Assembly (NCBI GenBank): GCA_030704615.1
Contig: CM060734.1
Location: 28,892,001-28,956,000, forward strand
Direction of reading: 5' to 3'
Source of the DNA: Takakia lepidozioides
Lineage: Eukaryota; Plantae; Bryophyta
DNA length: 64,000 nt
Position numbers and translations under genes: made by a program. Of the stretch, positions 25,763 to 39,357 are shown in pieces. Below the pieces are notes generated by a model. The model ran no database searches. It was not told where the DNA came from and saw nothing but the letters and a program-made list of their open reading frames with translations. Every line of letters begins with the position of its first letter. The stretch's first letter is position 1.

Positions 25763-26594
25763 CTTGGGGGGTCCACTTCCAAAAATTACCACCTAACGTG
25801 CAAAAAAATATAGGGTGCTATTTATTCTCTACAAGTAAAAATTAGAACATTTTTCAAAGGTATGAGAAATATAGGCGGGAGCATTTAAATGAATATAGGG
25901 TAGAGGTTAAAGGCTCCAATTACATTTTATTTAGAATTACTCATAGGGTGAAGGTATTTTTGAATGACACGTGTCAAGCAGTGTATGGATATGTAGTGTG
26001 AAAAGAAAGAGGCAAAAACCCCTTTGTAGTTAGTTAGCTGATTGTTCATTGACCAGAGAATAACCCTGCCTACATTGTAAAGTGTGGGCAGAGCTAGGGT
26101 TAAGCTGTTTGATTACTTAGATCCATGATGAACATGTGTAATTGCATATGCCACGATGTTTTCCCCTTCCATTCTGTTTCTTTTCTCTCTGACTACTGGC
26201 CTTCCTATGCAACTATCAGTGCATCCTTTGCTATATGCCAATGCAAAATTTCATAAACAGATATCAGATGGTTCTTCCCTGCAGCTGCAATAATTGGAAG
26301 CAGAGTGTGTCCCTTGTTAATTCTCATTTAGAAATAGACCCCACTTCAGCATTGTGTGGTGCAACAATACCCTTGATATCTGTTCATGGTCTGTGTGTAG
26401 TCACAATAAGATATGACATAATGTTATCCCCCCACTACCTTAGCAGCTTAGTAACTCTGACTTATGATAGAGGTCAGAATGTATACACCCTCGCTGATGT
26501 CGATAGTGATACTTTAGGTGAGTTTGTTTCTAGCAAGTAATGAAATGTAAAATGCAAGTTTGCATGGGAATGTAAAACACAAGTTTTTGCTTTG

Positions 26595-26648
<54 letters not shown>

Positions 26649-26841
26649 TATAGCATATCAAATATTCATGGTTGCTGCTGAATTTTAAAAAAAAAATAGC
26701 CTAATAAAAAATGTTGTATATTTAAAAATTATATAATTATAGGGTGTAGAAAAAACCAAAAAATTAAATTAATACCCCATAGGAAAATACCTTTTTATCG
26801 CACGTGTCTACCAAACTGATAAGGAGTGCCCCCCCCCCGAG
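25763..26841. mobile_element. 1079-bp MITE-like insertion with 8-bp TSD
   Basis: GAGCGTTT at 25755-25762 and 26842-26849; termini CTTGGGGGGTCCACTTCC and (reverse complement) CTCGGGGGGGGGGCACTCC; the paralog has a single empty site GAGCATTT at 50494-50501. Confidence 0.92.
26599..26644. repeat. (TA)n microsatellite
   Basis: About 23 TA units. Confidence 0.98.
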
Positions 26842-29673
26842 GAGCGTTTGATTGAGCAAATGCAATTGGCCTAATGATTTGCAGGGGGTTAAGGCCTTGA
26901 ATATCTTTTCTACCATTTCTGGGATTTGGTGGGCTTGGACTACCATCATCTTAAAGTATTCCTCTGAATACTTTAGTCACTCCCCATCCTGCTTGCATGG
27001 CATGATTTGGAAATCATCCACTGCTACTGAAGTTGATGCCACCAGAATACTCGGTAATGGCACAGGGTTTACCTCCTGAGTAGATGGCCCTGCTGTGGTC
27101 TGTACCAGTGCCTGTTGAAGCTGTGGTGATTGTGTTGCTGGTGGTGTTTGTGCTGGTGTTGTTGTTGTTGATTGTATTGGTGCTTCTTGTTCATGATCTT
27201 GCTCCTCTTGTTCGTCCTCGTCCATGAGCTCTTCTTGTTCTAGAATTGGTGGCAGGAATTCCTCGTGAATGTCTGTCACCAATTTTGCCAACTGACTTTT
27301 CATTTGTTGTAACATTGCCCTGTTGAGTTTCTTCATTTCCAGGGCACTCCCTTCATTCAACCATGCTCGAGCCAAGGCTGCATCTAGCCATGCTTGAAGT
27401 GTCAGCTTCTCTAGCTGCTGCTTCCATTCTTGTTCATTGCATATGGCAATGTCTCTCTCCGTGGTGGCTGTGAATAGCCTACTCTTAGCATTTTCCCTCT
27501 CCCTCAACAGTACAGTGTTGCTTGATAGCAATTTGTATCCATGATTTTTAGCAGCCTGTAGCTGCTCCTTGAGTGTCTCCACCTCTGCCTCTGTGGTTTG
27601 GGATCGTTCTCTTTCTGCATCGAGGTCGGCTTGGACATGCCGTGTTTCGTCCCTCTGCCTTTGCCACTTCTGTTCCCATTTGTCTCGGCGTTCTATCAAG
27701 GTGTTGTACTGGCGAAGCATAGTAGTTTGTTGATCCTCCAAGGCCGCAATTATAGCCTCGTTGTTACATACGGTTCGTGCTGCTGCCAGTTCCCTCCGGT
27801 ATTTTTCTTTGAGGTGGTCCATGATCATGGTAAGGTTCTCCGGACTTATATAATCCTTGGCTCTGTCCAAGTAGGCTGTCACTTGGCCCAACGCTTGTAT
27901 TGCCTGAAGAATTGCATTCGGTGGCGTTTCCTCCAAACCCGTGTCCCATGCTGTTGTATCTAGGACCTGCTATGAGAATAATAATTCCAAGTTGGAGTTA
28001 TTATCTTGCTGGCGAATTTGCTGCTGACTTTGTGTCACCTGTAGTGCTTGCTGTGGCTGTGCGATTATGGCTTGTACCTCGTTTGCCTACTGTGCGAGTT
28101 CTGCAGGTGTTGATGGCTGTACCTCCATGTCGGCAGGTGTAGTGTCCATCGGGGCTGCTTCATGGGCCTGCTGCTCGTTTCCTTCACCTTGTAGTATCGA
28201 GTTGTCCTGCTGTTGATCATCTTCTTTACTCTGCAGTGGAGTTAAGTAATTGTTTCGCCATTGCGCTCGTCGTACCTTCGGCTATCCGGGCCCTCTTTGC
28301 AAGTCCGCCCTCCTCCTGCAATGTTTGTTCTTCTTTCTGCTGCTCTGCAGCTGTCTCGCTTCCATCTTCCTCCAATGTTTCTGTTTGCTGCATGATTCCC
28401 ATAGTGTTCTGCTCTTCTGGTGTCAAGTGCACCTTGTGTCGAATCATTTGGAGCAGCAGGGGAGTCACCATGGTTACTGTTGGCTCCTTCTTCTTCTTTG
28501 TCAGCCGGGTCAATTCTTGGATCTTCTTCAACAAGAAGCCTGCCCAATTCACGAGTTGCCCGTTGAGGCAAGTCAATACTTGGTCTATTAGCTCCTTGGT
28601 AGCTGTGGTTTTGCCTAAGGCAAAGCAACGTGCTAAGCACCGGGGCTATCTTCTTAAAACCTGGGTTTTTGCTGTGACTGCATGTGTAGCCCTGATCGGC
28701 TTGGTTGAGATTCTCGAACAGGTCCACAATTACAAACCTTGGTGGTTTGCTGCTGTGCGCTGGGACCTCATGACTGGGAAGATGAAACACTTCTGCCAAG
28801 TACTTCTCCATCAATAGAATTTGTGTGTCGCGGACGTTTGTGCATCGAGCGCTGGTGTTATAGTTTTCCAAGAACTCCCTGCACAGATCGTCGTGTTTGA
28901 GGTTCCAATCCAGAGTGTTGATGAAGTAACGCAGGCCAAGACTGTCCAACGTCTCCTGCATTTCTGTGTCTTGCTCGATTTTCCTCAACGCCGGGCTGAT
29001 TTTGAAATTCACCTGCGCATAAGGACCTGATGTTTTCCGCTTGGTGCCTGCCATTTCCCTTGGTTTTGCTGTTGTTGTAAGGAATTGGAGCACCAATTCC
29101 TGTATCAAGAGCAGTATGAAGCACACTGGAATTTGTGTAAACAACAATTTCCAGTTTGCGGAAGAGGAAGTGTGGGGCTCCTTTCTGGGTTAAGTAGGGG
29201 TTCTGCCTTCTGGGCTTCCACTCTTGCTTCTCTCAAGGTTCTCATGGAGGTAATTATGTCGTGTTGTCCTCATGGGTTTCAAGCGCAATTAGCTTTAATT
29301 GCTGGGCCCGCACTTACCAAGAAGCACTTGGCTTCCGGTAACGGTTTTGGATGGATCTCATCCTTTTTTTGGATGTGCTTGATTTTCTTTAGTTGGTGTT
29401 TTCTTCGTGGTTCATCCTTGGATTGGGATGATAGTCGTTGATGATAGTCTTGGTTCGTTTGGATTGCGTTCATCCATCTTGGATGAACTAGTCTTGGAAA
29501 GTGGTCTGTTTTTAGATGTCCTTCGCGCCTCTCGGCTAACCTCTCAGCTTCTGCCAATTTAGTGCTCTTGCTAAACCTTCTTCTTATCTCTACTATTTCT
29601 CATTCCCCCATTAGCGGTTTCGCCACCCTAGTCAAGGCTACCGAGGTTAGCGAGGTTCGCCGCCATAGCTCTC

Positions 29674-32600
29674 ATGCCTGCTTCTCCTCCTTGTCACACA
29701 TTCTGTATCACCACGTCTAGGTTTGCCTCACCCCCCTCCTCTTCCCCACCCTATTACGCACGTTTCAAGCTATTACCGCAGGTTTACCGCCCGCATTGGG
29801 CCCATGAGATCTTCGCGGCAATGGCCATTCTAAGCAGTATTCCGTCGGGTTTGACAAGCAGCAGCCCTACCACTTTACGAAGTCTGCAAACCGATTTGCC
29901 TCTTTCTATGTGACGCGACACTCTAACAATACGTACACAAGCAGCAGAGTAGTGTACAGCTACCACTGGATCCCCTTCTGGGCAGTTTGCGAGACCAAAC
30001 AATTACAAGGTGGCAAGCACGGTTCCCGCAGGATGCTGGTGTTTTCCCATGGAACTTGCAATGATCCGTGCTCCCCCAACCTTTATGTGACAGGACTGTT
30101 TCAAGTCCAGATCGAAGGTACTAGGCCCCCGAATGATCAACATGCGGCGACCTTGGTCTGCCGAAGAAGCTCGCCTGGCGATTTTGGCAAAAACCAGACC
30201 TATTTCAACGCTTGGTTTCTTAGTCTTTCGGGTCCTAACTACTCATCTTCTCTGCAACGGCTTCAGCCTCCGAGATGGTCTTATCAGGCTTAGTTCGGTT
30301 TGGCTGCAAACCGAAAGTTTCACCACCCCATTCATGGACCTTGCGGCTACGCGAAGCCCCTCAGATCGCTGATCTACGCAAGCCAACCTATGTATGAAGC
30401 CACATCCACGCAGATACGCTCATTCAGACCCTACAAAGACCCTCTCAGCATGTTGATGACACCACCTGCATCCACTGTCTACCTGCGGAATACAGTATGC
30501 CCACCAGTGGGGGTTTTGCGCCCCCTCCCTCGCAGCAACAGCAGACCAACCATCTGGAGGCGTCGAGATATAGGATTTCAAGCTACAGTTTTGGACGATG
30601 GCGTCCCGCGCATTCCCATTCCTCACGCTTTTGGACCTCTTTCCAGTCTCACCGCCACTCATCCTCACCACCATGGCTTTATGGACTGGCCCCTCCATAC
30701 TCTCGTCTTATGTGCCACCTTTACAACACTGCAAGACCCAGCTTGTGCAGACTACAGGTTGCCCCATCTGCCACCACACAGGCCTGTCACCCTAAGTATG
30801 CTGCTGCAGAGGCGCTACCACCTCCATTTCTACCTATGCCCATAATTCTGACTTCCTACCTGTAAGTCTCCTCCCACCCCTCATTCCGTTACTTCCATGT
30901 AATTTGTTCATCTGGAAGATGCTCTCAACTAATACGCATTTAGGCCTGCTTCATTATGCACCCTTCACCGCCCTAGCCAACACACCTTCCTCTGCACACT
31001 GGTTTGCCGATTTTCACAATGCGAATACCCAAACTCCCATGCATTTCCACATACTGCTCCTTAGTACCCGGTACTGGCCAGACTCTCTTATTACTACATT
31101 CTTATCAATGCCGCTGTATCATTTATCTTTGTTCACTAATGTGGATACTCCTGCAATGAGATCTCTCCACCCATACAACCAAGACCAAGCAGCTGCTCTG
31201 ACACATGCCTTCCCTTTGGACCCATGGATATACCATGTTTCTGGGCTTGATCAAAATTGCATCTGTCTTATGTCCAAGGGTACTTCACTTCAAGGTAACC
31301 CTTTCCTAGCCCCGCAATTTACTCACCACATTCTGTACTGGATCAATATGCACTGGCTCACGCTTAAAAACCTGCTACATATCTGCAGCTATCCTCACAA
31401 CAACCCTCTAGCTATCCCTCACACTTATTACCCTCTGCTCTCTCCAATTGTTGCAACTCGGATTTACCTCTCAATCCCAAATCTATCTACCTCCCTCTAC
31501 ACTAATAAGGCTACCCCCTGGGGGGGCTTCTGTTGTAGATGGGATGACAGGTACATAATTGCCCATGCTCAGCACCAGCCAGGCGCATTACCCGCGTCTT
31601 CAGCTCTTCCCTGGCTCAATGGTCTCAAAAGTCCCCCTGCCAATGGCCCACATACAATGCCAGTAGATTCACTCTCAACCCACATGGCTATTCACAGCGA
31701 CATTCTAACATTCAATAGGATCCATTCAGCTCGGATGCTCCACTCTGCATGGTCAGCCCCATCTCTACTGAATCCGCCTCATGGTATGTTCTCCTCTCAA
31801 CTTACAATACTCAATCTCCATCTGCTTCCAATTTATGTTACTCATCTTACATCTTCTTCCACCCCCTCATGTACCCATGCTGCTGCTCAGATATGGCCTC
31901 CAATTACCACCAATTCTCATTGCCATCATTGTTCCCATTGTTCTCCTCATGCTCACCTCTTACTGCAGACCACCAAGACACTGCCACTGTTTCCTTGACA
32001 TTACATACCCTTTACATTAAACATTACACTGACTTACATTGAATTACTCATGATGAGGTGTTTCTCTATGACATGAAAATGACGGTTCACATCCCTTACG
32101 ATATACCCTCCGCAGATAGGCCTCCGAATACTAATGTTGTAAATTCTAACCGGGTGGAACTCTATGGTGGGAGCACTACTGCTGCTAAGCTGCGTTTCAG
32201 GTTTCCCATGGGACTGGTCATCTCTAAGTATGTGCGCTGGCCATATCAGCCAACACCGACCAGCCGGCAAACAACCATTTCTGCTCCAACCCAACAAGCT
32301 GCGCCATCTAAAGAAGGGACGGTACATGCTTTAGGTGCTGTACTCTAATCTATCCCTTACTTTGTTTGTCAGATCTGGAACCGCCACGATATCCAAGCTT
32401 TCCACGACCTGTCTCTATCCACATATCAGCTTCCTCATCCCTGTGTTTTTCAACATGGCCGCATGGCATCCCACTATGCTATTTCCTTCAGCAACTCCAG
32501 GTACCTGGCAGGTCTGGGCAGTGCCCCAATTGCTACGCTCTGGCTTTTGATAGATTTCGGCAAAGCTCCAATCGTTACACTATTATCCCTGAACACAGAA

Positions 32601-33206
32601 CAACTCCCTTGCATGCAGCGTATGCCTAGTTTCTAGCATTGGCCCTCTTCACAATTCCAGGGCAGACTTTTTATCACTGAAACTGGTTTTGATTACATTG
32701 GGGACATAGAGCTATCTATTTTGGTGCAGGCTGCTGTGTGGACACAGATCTGGGCCCATGCTTGCAACGTAAAGCAAACAATGACGCAAGTTACAAGCAA
32801 CAAAACACAATGTGAGCACAACATACAGCAGTGCAGGCCCACTATCCGGGATGCCCATCACAATTTCTTGAACGCTGGCATAAAGGATTCTGCTACGATT
32901 GCTACACCACTAGCATATCCTGCTATGCCATTACCTTCACAAATCTGGTACCGTGTTCCCACCCTCACTATTGCATATAGCATAAATGCTTACCATGCCA
33001 CACTAAATCCGTATTTGACAGGTACACCTGCTATTTCTTTTTCCTACAACCCTCTGGAGCTGACCAATGCCTGCAGCTCTAGGCTTCCACATTGTTGTCT
33101 CCACAGACCCAGCCTTGGACATGCCAAACTCAACCCGACTGCTGGCTTGATGAGGTATACTATGGTTGGCAAACCATTGAAGTCTTCTGCCCCTCCACTC
33201 TCTTAG
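29674..33206 (+). other. Degenerate chain of unknown ORFs, probably an antisense accessory region of the same retroelement
   Basis: Consecutive + strand ORF pieces (79-364 aa) separated by single stops or shifts; intronless, C/T-skewed; no recognisable motif. Confidence 0.4.
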
Positions 33207-33244
33207 CCACATAGGTACTGTATCCTCATCCTTATTGCTGCACA

Positions 33245-34032
33245 CACTACACGAAAAGGGGGGGGGGGTAGTGACGTCGTGGAAACGGCGCAGCCACGCC
33301 GCGACGTCACTAAACGCCGCTTTTGAGCAGGGGTGCAGGCACCCTTTTGCCACACTCGGGCGTGGCACGACCGTCCCAGGGCGTCACTAATCGGACGTCG
33401 CATAAATGCGACGGATGGGGGTTGCAAGCCGCTATCCCCCTCCAGTGAAGCCCTGCCGTCGTTTCTTGGCCATCCAGGGCTCTAGGGGGGTCTCTTGTAG
33501 CCACGCTCGCCGTCGCTACCATCCCTGCTACGGCGTTGGTTAGGGCGACGGCTCGGCGTGGCAACCAATATATTTTTTTTTCCATGCCCGGACTAAAAAA
33601 CACCATGTGGCGGAGGGGGGGTTAGACTCAGCCACCCAGTGACGTCGCTGCTAGACACGCCACGGCGTCGTATGGGGAGACCCCGTTGCCTCAGTGCAGT
33701 CGCCCAGTGACTCCAAGGCGTGGTTACTTGCGACGCCCGGGGCGGCTGTGTGTTTTTTTTCACAAAAAACAAACAGGTGGGGGAGGCCTTGTGTTGGACT
33801 CAGGGATGCCGGGGCGTCGTAGCTAGCCACCCCCCGAACGTTGCACAGAAGAAAAACCCGTCGCACGGGGGTCCGGCTTTGCCACTGCATTGCTGCTAGC
33901 CACGCCCCAGTCGTGCTAGTTTGCAACCCCATCCGTGGCAAGCCTAAAGAACCTGTCGCAAGGGCGCTGGCCCAAGTGACACCCTGGGGTGGCAATGCGG
34001 GTGGTTGGGGGGGGGTGTGTTTCATTTTTGGG
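33245..34032. mobile_element. CACTA/EnSpm element left end; its interior may resume at 36338-39557
   Basis: Begins CACTACACGAAAA; dense GC-rich subterminal GTGACGTCG/GCGACG/GGCGTCG motifs in both orientations, which recur at 37690-37770. Confidence 0.8.
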
Positions 34033-36337
34033 GAGGTTAGCTATTTCATGAGCATGAGCGACATGAGCGGAGTAGTAAGACAATCGGTTTTCAATGAGCA
34101 GAAGTATAAATTCTGGAAATAAAAACATTAAATATTATTTTAATGGGAATATGTCAGAAAAGCAATATAATATTCATTGTTTGAAGTAGAAATTGCAGTT
34201 TTGAGAGCAATGCTCATGATATTTCGTCTTCTGCTCATACGAATTCCGAGCGACATCTGCGAAAATGGCGTTGAATTTCGCGATAATAGGTTCCGCAAGC
34301 GGAGAAATCGGCAACGTATTGCGCGGTAATTAGTTCTCGGGCGAAAAATGTTATCGAATTTTGCGGTTATAGGTTCCAACTTGATTGAAGTGTAAGCCCA
34401 AAATTTGGAAATGTGGCGTCGAATTTCGGTACATGGTGTCGGGCATTGCACAAACGTTGGGCAGTTTTGGGCCATGTAATTGGAAATTCGACGTCATTTT
34501 CCAGACATCGTTCCCGTACATGTTGGGATTTAGCCAGTTTTCGGCCCAAAATAGGGAAATTCGGCGCCATTCTCCCAGAAATAGCCCCCTCAACTACAAC
34601 TGTTGGAACTCAGTTTTTTGGAAGATTTGCAAATTTTTCGTGCCGCCATCTTTGTATTGATTCTGTTTCGACATTGAATTGCCATTGGGCGTTAACGGAT
34701 ATCCAGCAGCCTATAGTGTTTAAAAGACATCACTTTAATATTGACTGTCTCATTTCAGAAGTTTTGGGATGCAATTCGTTACACTGCAAAACAAAGTCTA
34801 ATGCATCAAAATGCAATTGCAAATATCCATATGATGGATTCATTTTGCCCCATCAATGATTTCTGGAATCCCGACGGAGGAGTTTGTGCAGTTCGTTCAC
34901 GCTCAACGCTGGTGCATGAATAAAATCATCAATAGTCAAGTTCATCTTCAATCTCTTCAGGTAAATGTAATACAGATGCTTGCACGGATAATACTTTGAT
35001 CTCTTCTTTGCTTCCATCAACGAGAAATCCATACAATTGTAAGTCGGCTCCACTCCAATCGTAATTGTGTATACATCGTCACGTACAGCTGGGCCGGCCG
35101 TTGCCATCCGATAAACACGCCCAATGCTGGGTGGGGTACGTCCACGGAGCTCTGAATAATGCAAGCCATCCCAAGAGCATTGACAATCCGAATCTCATTG
35201 AACTTGTTAGGAGGGTGTTGTCTCTTCACTCTTCCGAATCGCATTGTGGGATGTGAAGAATTGTCCAATCCGTCTCTACTGGACCGAGCAGTCTGCAATG
35301 GCTGGGTCTGAGGAACTGGAAACAAGTGGGTCGGGACGTCTGTACGTTGCACCATTCGAAATCCTGCTGCAGAAAGAGCATCCGCCTCATTCTGAGAGGT
35401 TGCAACCCGGTGCAACAGGCCAGACGTCAGGAGGTTCCGGCATTTCTTGAATCCCGTACTTGGGCTTGTCAAATATACAAGTCATTATGTCGTCCCTACA
35501 GAACCAAAACGTCTGCGTTGTGGCGTGAGAGAATGTGGGAGTCAAAAATCTGTCGCTGAAACAAGGTGCAGGTACAACACCGTGTGGATTCTTCTGAATC
35601 ATCTCACCACAGCATGCTCTCGTATCCATCCCGGATGGTGCAACACTTCCCTCGAAATGCCGGCAATGTCCTTGCAATTCTCCACTGTGACTCCGACACT
35701 CTTGTCTTCACAATGGGTATGTTGTACTACGTAACTACAGATAGCTCGTTATGTTTCTCGGGTACGTGCCCTGTGCTCAAAGGAGATGACGATCTCGTGC
35801 AAGACTTGTGGTGCTCGACGAGACCTCCTCGGGCAACATCACAGAACCACGAGGGAGCGTGCGAATATTCTTGTCAGCTCGCCATGAATCCTCTTCTCCG
35901 TCAGGTGTCTCGTCAAGTCTTCGTTTCACTGGACGGGTGTGAACATCTCCTTCTAAGTGTTGGTCTCTTCGAAGTAATGGCGTGTCCCGAAAGCCCTCTC
36001 GCAAGGCTGTCACCCACTTGCGATGATTTTTCGATCTGGAGGCAGTCCGCATCAGCATTTCCTGCCTGTTCGGCCCCAAGCCCACTGTTTCCATTTCAAG
36101 AACTCGTTGTACCTGCATTGCTCCATAATTGTCCTCACAATGTCCTCCGTTGTGTCAGTGAGGATATCCACCAGATGCGCCGCAGAGGAGACACGCCAGG
36201 AATAATGTACTGATTCGGCCATGTTTATTGTCGGCATGTCGGTGTCGGAGTCCAGACACATTCCTGCACGTGCATATGTTGAGGTTACAAGCAAGTTACA
36301 AATAATGACTAGCATAATATTGAACGGGACGTGAATT
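34033..36337 (-). mobile_element. Mutator-like element copy 1: one terminus plus 3' part of the transposase (catalytic E region and SWIM finger), degenerate
   Basis: Terminus GAGGTTAGCTATTTCATGAGC is shared with 39558; MPTINMAESVHYSW; YTITI..PTYNCMDF...YPCKHLYYIY (SWIM with first Cys mutated). Confidence 0.85.
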
Positions 36338-36574
36338 CTCTCCCTCTCCTTTGTACAGCTCCCAAAAAACAAAGGTAAATCTCTCCCTCTCTTTCTCTCT
36401 CTCCCTCTCTCTCCATGAAATTGAGACTGAAGAACACTTCTTCTATTGTCCTATATACTATGAGATCCGTGGGGATTCCACTATTTAGTCCGTTGAACCC
36501 AACCTCTCACTGAAATCTCTCACTATGAAGATCAGAAATGCATGGCTGTTTACCAGCAGTTGGGCGCCTCACGT

Positions 36575-36969
36575 AGCAGCTCCTTCACACTGGCGGTCCC
36601 TCCCGCGCGCTGGCGCTCCGCCACCAGGTCGCGTGGCGCGCTCCCTCGCTCAAACAGCCCAAAAAAAAAAGAGGGAGAGAGAGATTAGGGCGAGAGGGAA
36701 AGTGAGAGCTGAGAGGGAGAATGAGAGAGAGAGAGAGAAGGAGAGGGAAGGCAGCTACTTCACGCTGGCGCTCCGCCACCAGGTCGCGTGGGCGCGCTCC
36801 CTCGCAGCCCAAAAAAAAAAAAAATGAGAGAGAGATTAGGGCGAGAGGGAGAGTGAGAGCTGAGAGGGAGAATGAGAGAGAGAGAGAGAGAGAAGGAGAG
36901 GGAGGGCAGCTCCTTCATGCTGGCGCTCCGCCCACCAGGTCGCGTGGGCGCGCCCTCCGCCAACAGCCC

Positions 36970-37000
<31 letters not shown>

Positions 37001-37345
37001 AGAGAGAGATTAGGGCGAGAGGGAGGGCAGCTCCTTCACGCTGGCGCTCCGCCACAGGTCGCGTGGGCGCGCTCCTTGCTCAAACAGCCCAAAAAAAAAG
37101 GAAGAGAGATTAGGGCGAGAGGGAGAATGAGAGCTGAGAGAGAATGAGAGGGAGGGCAGCTCCTTCAGCTGGCGGTCCTCCCGCGGCGTTGGCGCTCCAC
37201 CAGCAGGTCGCGGGGGCGCATTCCCAGCTCTCTCAAACAACAAAAAAAAAACAAAAAGAGAAGAAGAGGGAGAGAGAGAGCGAGAGAGAGAGTGGGCGAG
37301 AGGGATTAGGGCGAGAGGGAGAATGAGAGAGAGAGAGAGAGAGAA
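36575..37345 (+). repeat. Compound tandem repeat (~120-170-bp unit: GC-rich block, poly-A, GA tract), ~5 copies
   Basis: GCTGGCGCTCCGCCACCAGGTCGCGTGG...CAGCCC(A)n...GATTAGGGCGAGAGGGA repeated. Confidence 0.92.
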
Positions 37346-38547
37346 GAATGGACGGAAGAGAGGGCGCGCGTGGTTTTGATCGTCGTGGCGCATCAGTGCT
37401 GCGTCACCGCCACCGAAAAATGCTCCGGCGTGCGGGGTAGTTGCGTCCGGAGAGCTCGAGAGCAAAAAAAAACAAAGTAGGGATGGAGGGAGGGGAGGGA
37501 GGAAGAGTGAGAGGAGAAGGGTGAGGAAGAGAGAGATCAGATAGAGGGATTGAGAGGGGGAGTGAGAGGCGGTCGGTGCAGCCGCGCGGCGCGCCTGTGT
37601 GGCGACCCCGCCGGAAATCCTCGGCGGCGATCAGGCGCCTTCGCGAAGGGGGGAGAGAAGGGAGAGAAGGGCGGCAGGAGGAGGATCCGTTGCGACGTCG
37701 GGGAATCGCACGGGCGTCGCTGCCTCAGGGGGACGTCGTACGGCAGTCGCAGTGGCGTCGCAGCTCTGGCGCCTAGGTGAGTTGAAGAAGCCTCTCACTT
37801 TTGTTTTTGTTTTTTTTGGTTTTTTGGGTTATGTGGTTTTACAGGGATTATTTGGGTTTTTGGGTCTTTGGTTCTTAGGGTTTTAAGAGTTACATAGTTT
37901 AGTTTAGGATTTAGTTTCATAATTTAGTTTAGGATTAGTTATAATATAGTAAGTTTAGGATTAGCTGCAATATAGTTTTGTTTAGGGTTTTGTTTTTTTG
38001 CGGGATTGGGACATATGGCTTTACATTTGTAGGGTTTTTTTTTTCAAGTTTTTCCAAGGGTTGGGAGTGTAACTCCTCCGGAGGTTACAGTGCGTCACAA
38101 TACGGTACTCTACCTCTCTCTCATGCTAGGTCATGCCGCGTGTCTATCGATGTGTCACGCTTGAGGATTCGTTGCCGGCTGTGCCACAACCACCTGCTGA
38201 GTGCGAGACAACATGTTTGCCTCGTCTAGGCGGCATCGCCATGCCCGCACAACTTTGCCCCCACAGCCACCACCCCGAGGTCGTAGGCCGCCGAGTCCAG
38301 AGGCACAAGCCCCGGGGAGACCCCGCCGGGACCGCCTCCCCAAGATTGAGTGTTGGTGCAGTTGGTGTTGGGCACGACTACCGGTTGGGAGGACCACGCC
38401 GATGATGCGACGACCCCATGTTGTGCAAAAACTACGCCAAGTACGAGATTGCTGATGGAGCAAAGGTAAGTCGTCCTCATATCTTCTCACGTATTCCTCA
38501 ATTAAAAGTACTACATCTACTGAAACCTCGCGTTTGTGAATTGAGTA

Positions 38548-39357
38548 TTGATGCATTTCATATCATGCATCTTGCAGCCCCGTCTTGATGTCCAAGCTCA
38601 CAATTTATTTGCTGAAGAGGCATACCGATGCGGGTTTCTTCCTTCTTACGAGCCCCACCCCATTCCGGATATGAACATTTTTTTCTCGCAACATGACGTA
38701 GATGCAGTTTGTGAGGTAGCGGGGTACGATGCGCGTTTATCTATTTTTGGGCACCGGGCCAGGCGTTTGCCACCTACACACACACATTCGTCATCCTCGA
38801 CATCGGCACCCCCATCATCACCATCATCCGCATCGTCCGTTCCTCCTATTGTACATGGTCTTTCTTCATCACCATTGCCATCTGAGGTCCCTCATACCGA
38901 CCGGCTACGTGTCCCTTCCCCTCCATTGCCGAGACCACAGCCGCCACCGAGTCCGAGTTCGTCATCCTCGACATCGGCACCCCCATCCTCACCATCATCC
39001 GCATCGTCCGTTCCTCCTATTGTACATGTTCTTTCCTCATCACCATCGCCATCCCGGCCATCTCGGCCGGTACTTCCTCCACGCGAGATCCCTTATACCA
39101 ACCTACGTGTCCCTTCCCCTCCATTGCCGAGTCCGTATCCGGGTCCTCTGGCAGAACCCGGATGGATCCCACCATCTTTGGGGACTGTGTATGACTGGAA
39201 CCAATGGATCACTAGGTTCCCACTCCAAGAGGAGGGCCCCCGAAGTGATGGACGGGCGCCGCCCCCTAGGAGAGGTGAACCGAAGGTGTTTTGCACGGTT
39301 GGTTCGCGCCTTTGCCGGCCTGATGACAGCACCATACGTCATTGTGGTGCTAGGTAG
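38548..39357 (+). other. Pro/Ser-rich ORF/exon with an internal ~170-bp duplication, probably CACTA-internal
   Basis: 269-aa open frame; SSSSTSAPPSSPSSASSVPPIVH occurs twice; preceded by a plausible GTAAG...CAG intron (~38466-38577). Confidence 0.4.

Larger units (their letters stand above)
25545..29054 (-). pseudogene. Large accessory ORF of a Gypsy-type LTR retrotransposon (N-terminal globular domain, coiled coil, conserved C-terminal domain), frameshifted
   Basis: MAGTKRK...LCREFLENY..VRDTQILL..LAEVFHLP resembles the plant retrotransposon accessory-protein motif; coiled coil at 27250-27800; the C-terminus is closely similar to 50300-50694, which lies between gag and a PPT. Confidence 0.75.

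Noticed and set aside
25540-33249. The two CACTA ends as one element
   Set aside because: They face away from each other, and their TIRs and subterminal repeats differ.
36525-37886. Arg/Glu/Lys-rich ORFs
   Set aside because: Translations of GA and poly-A tracts.
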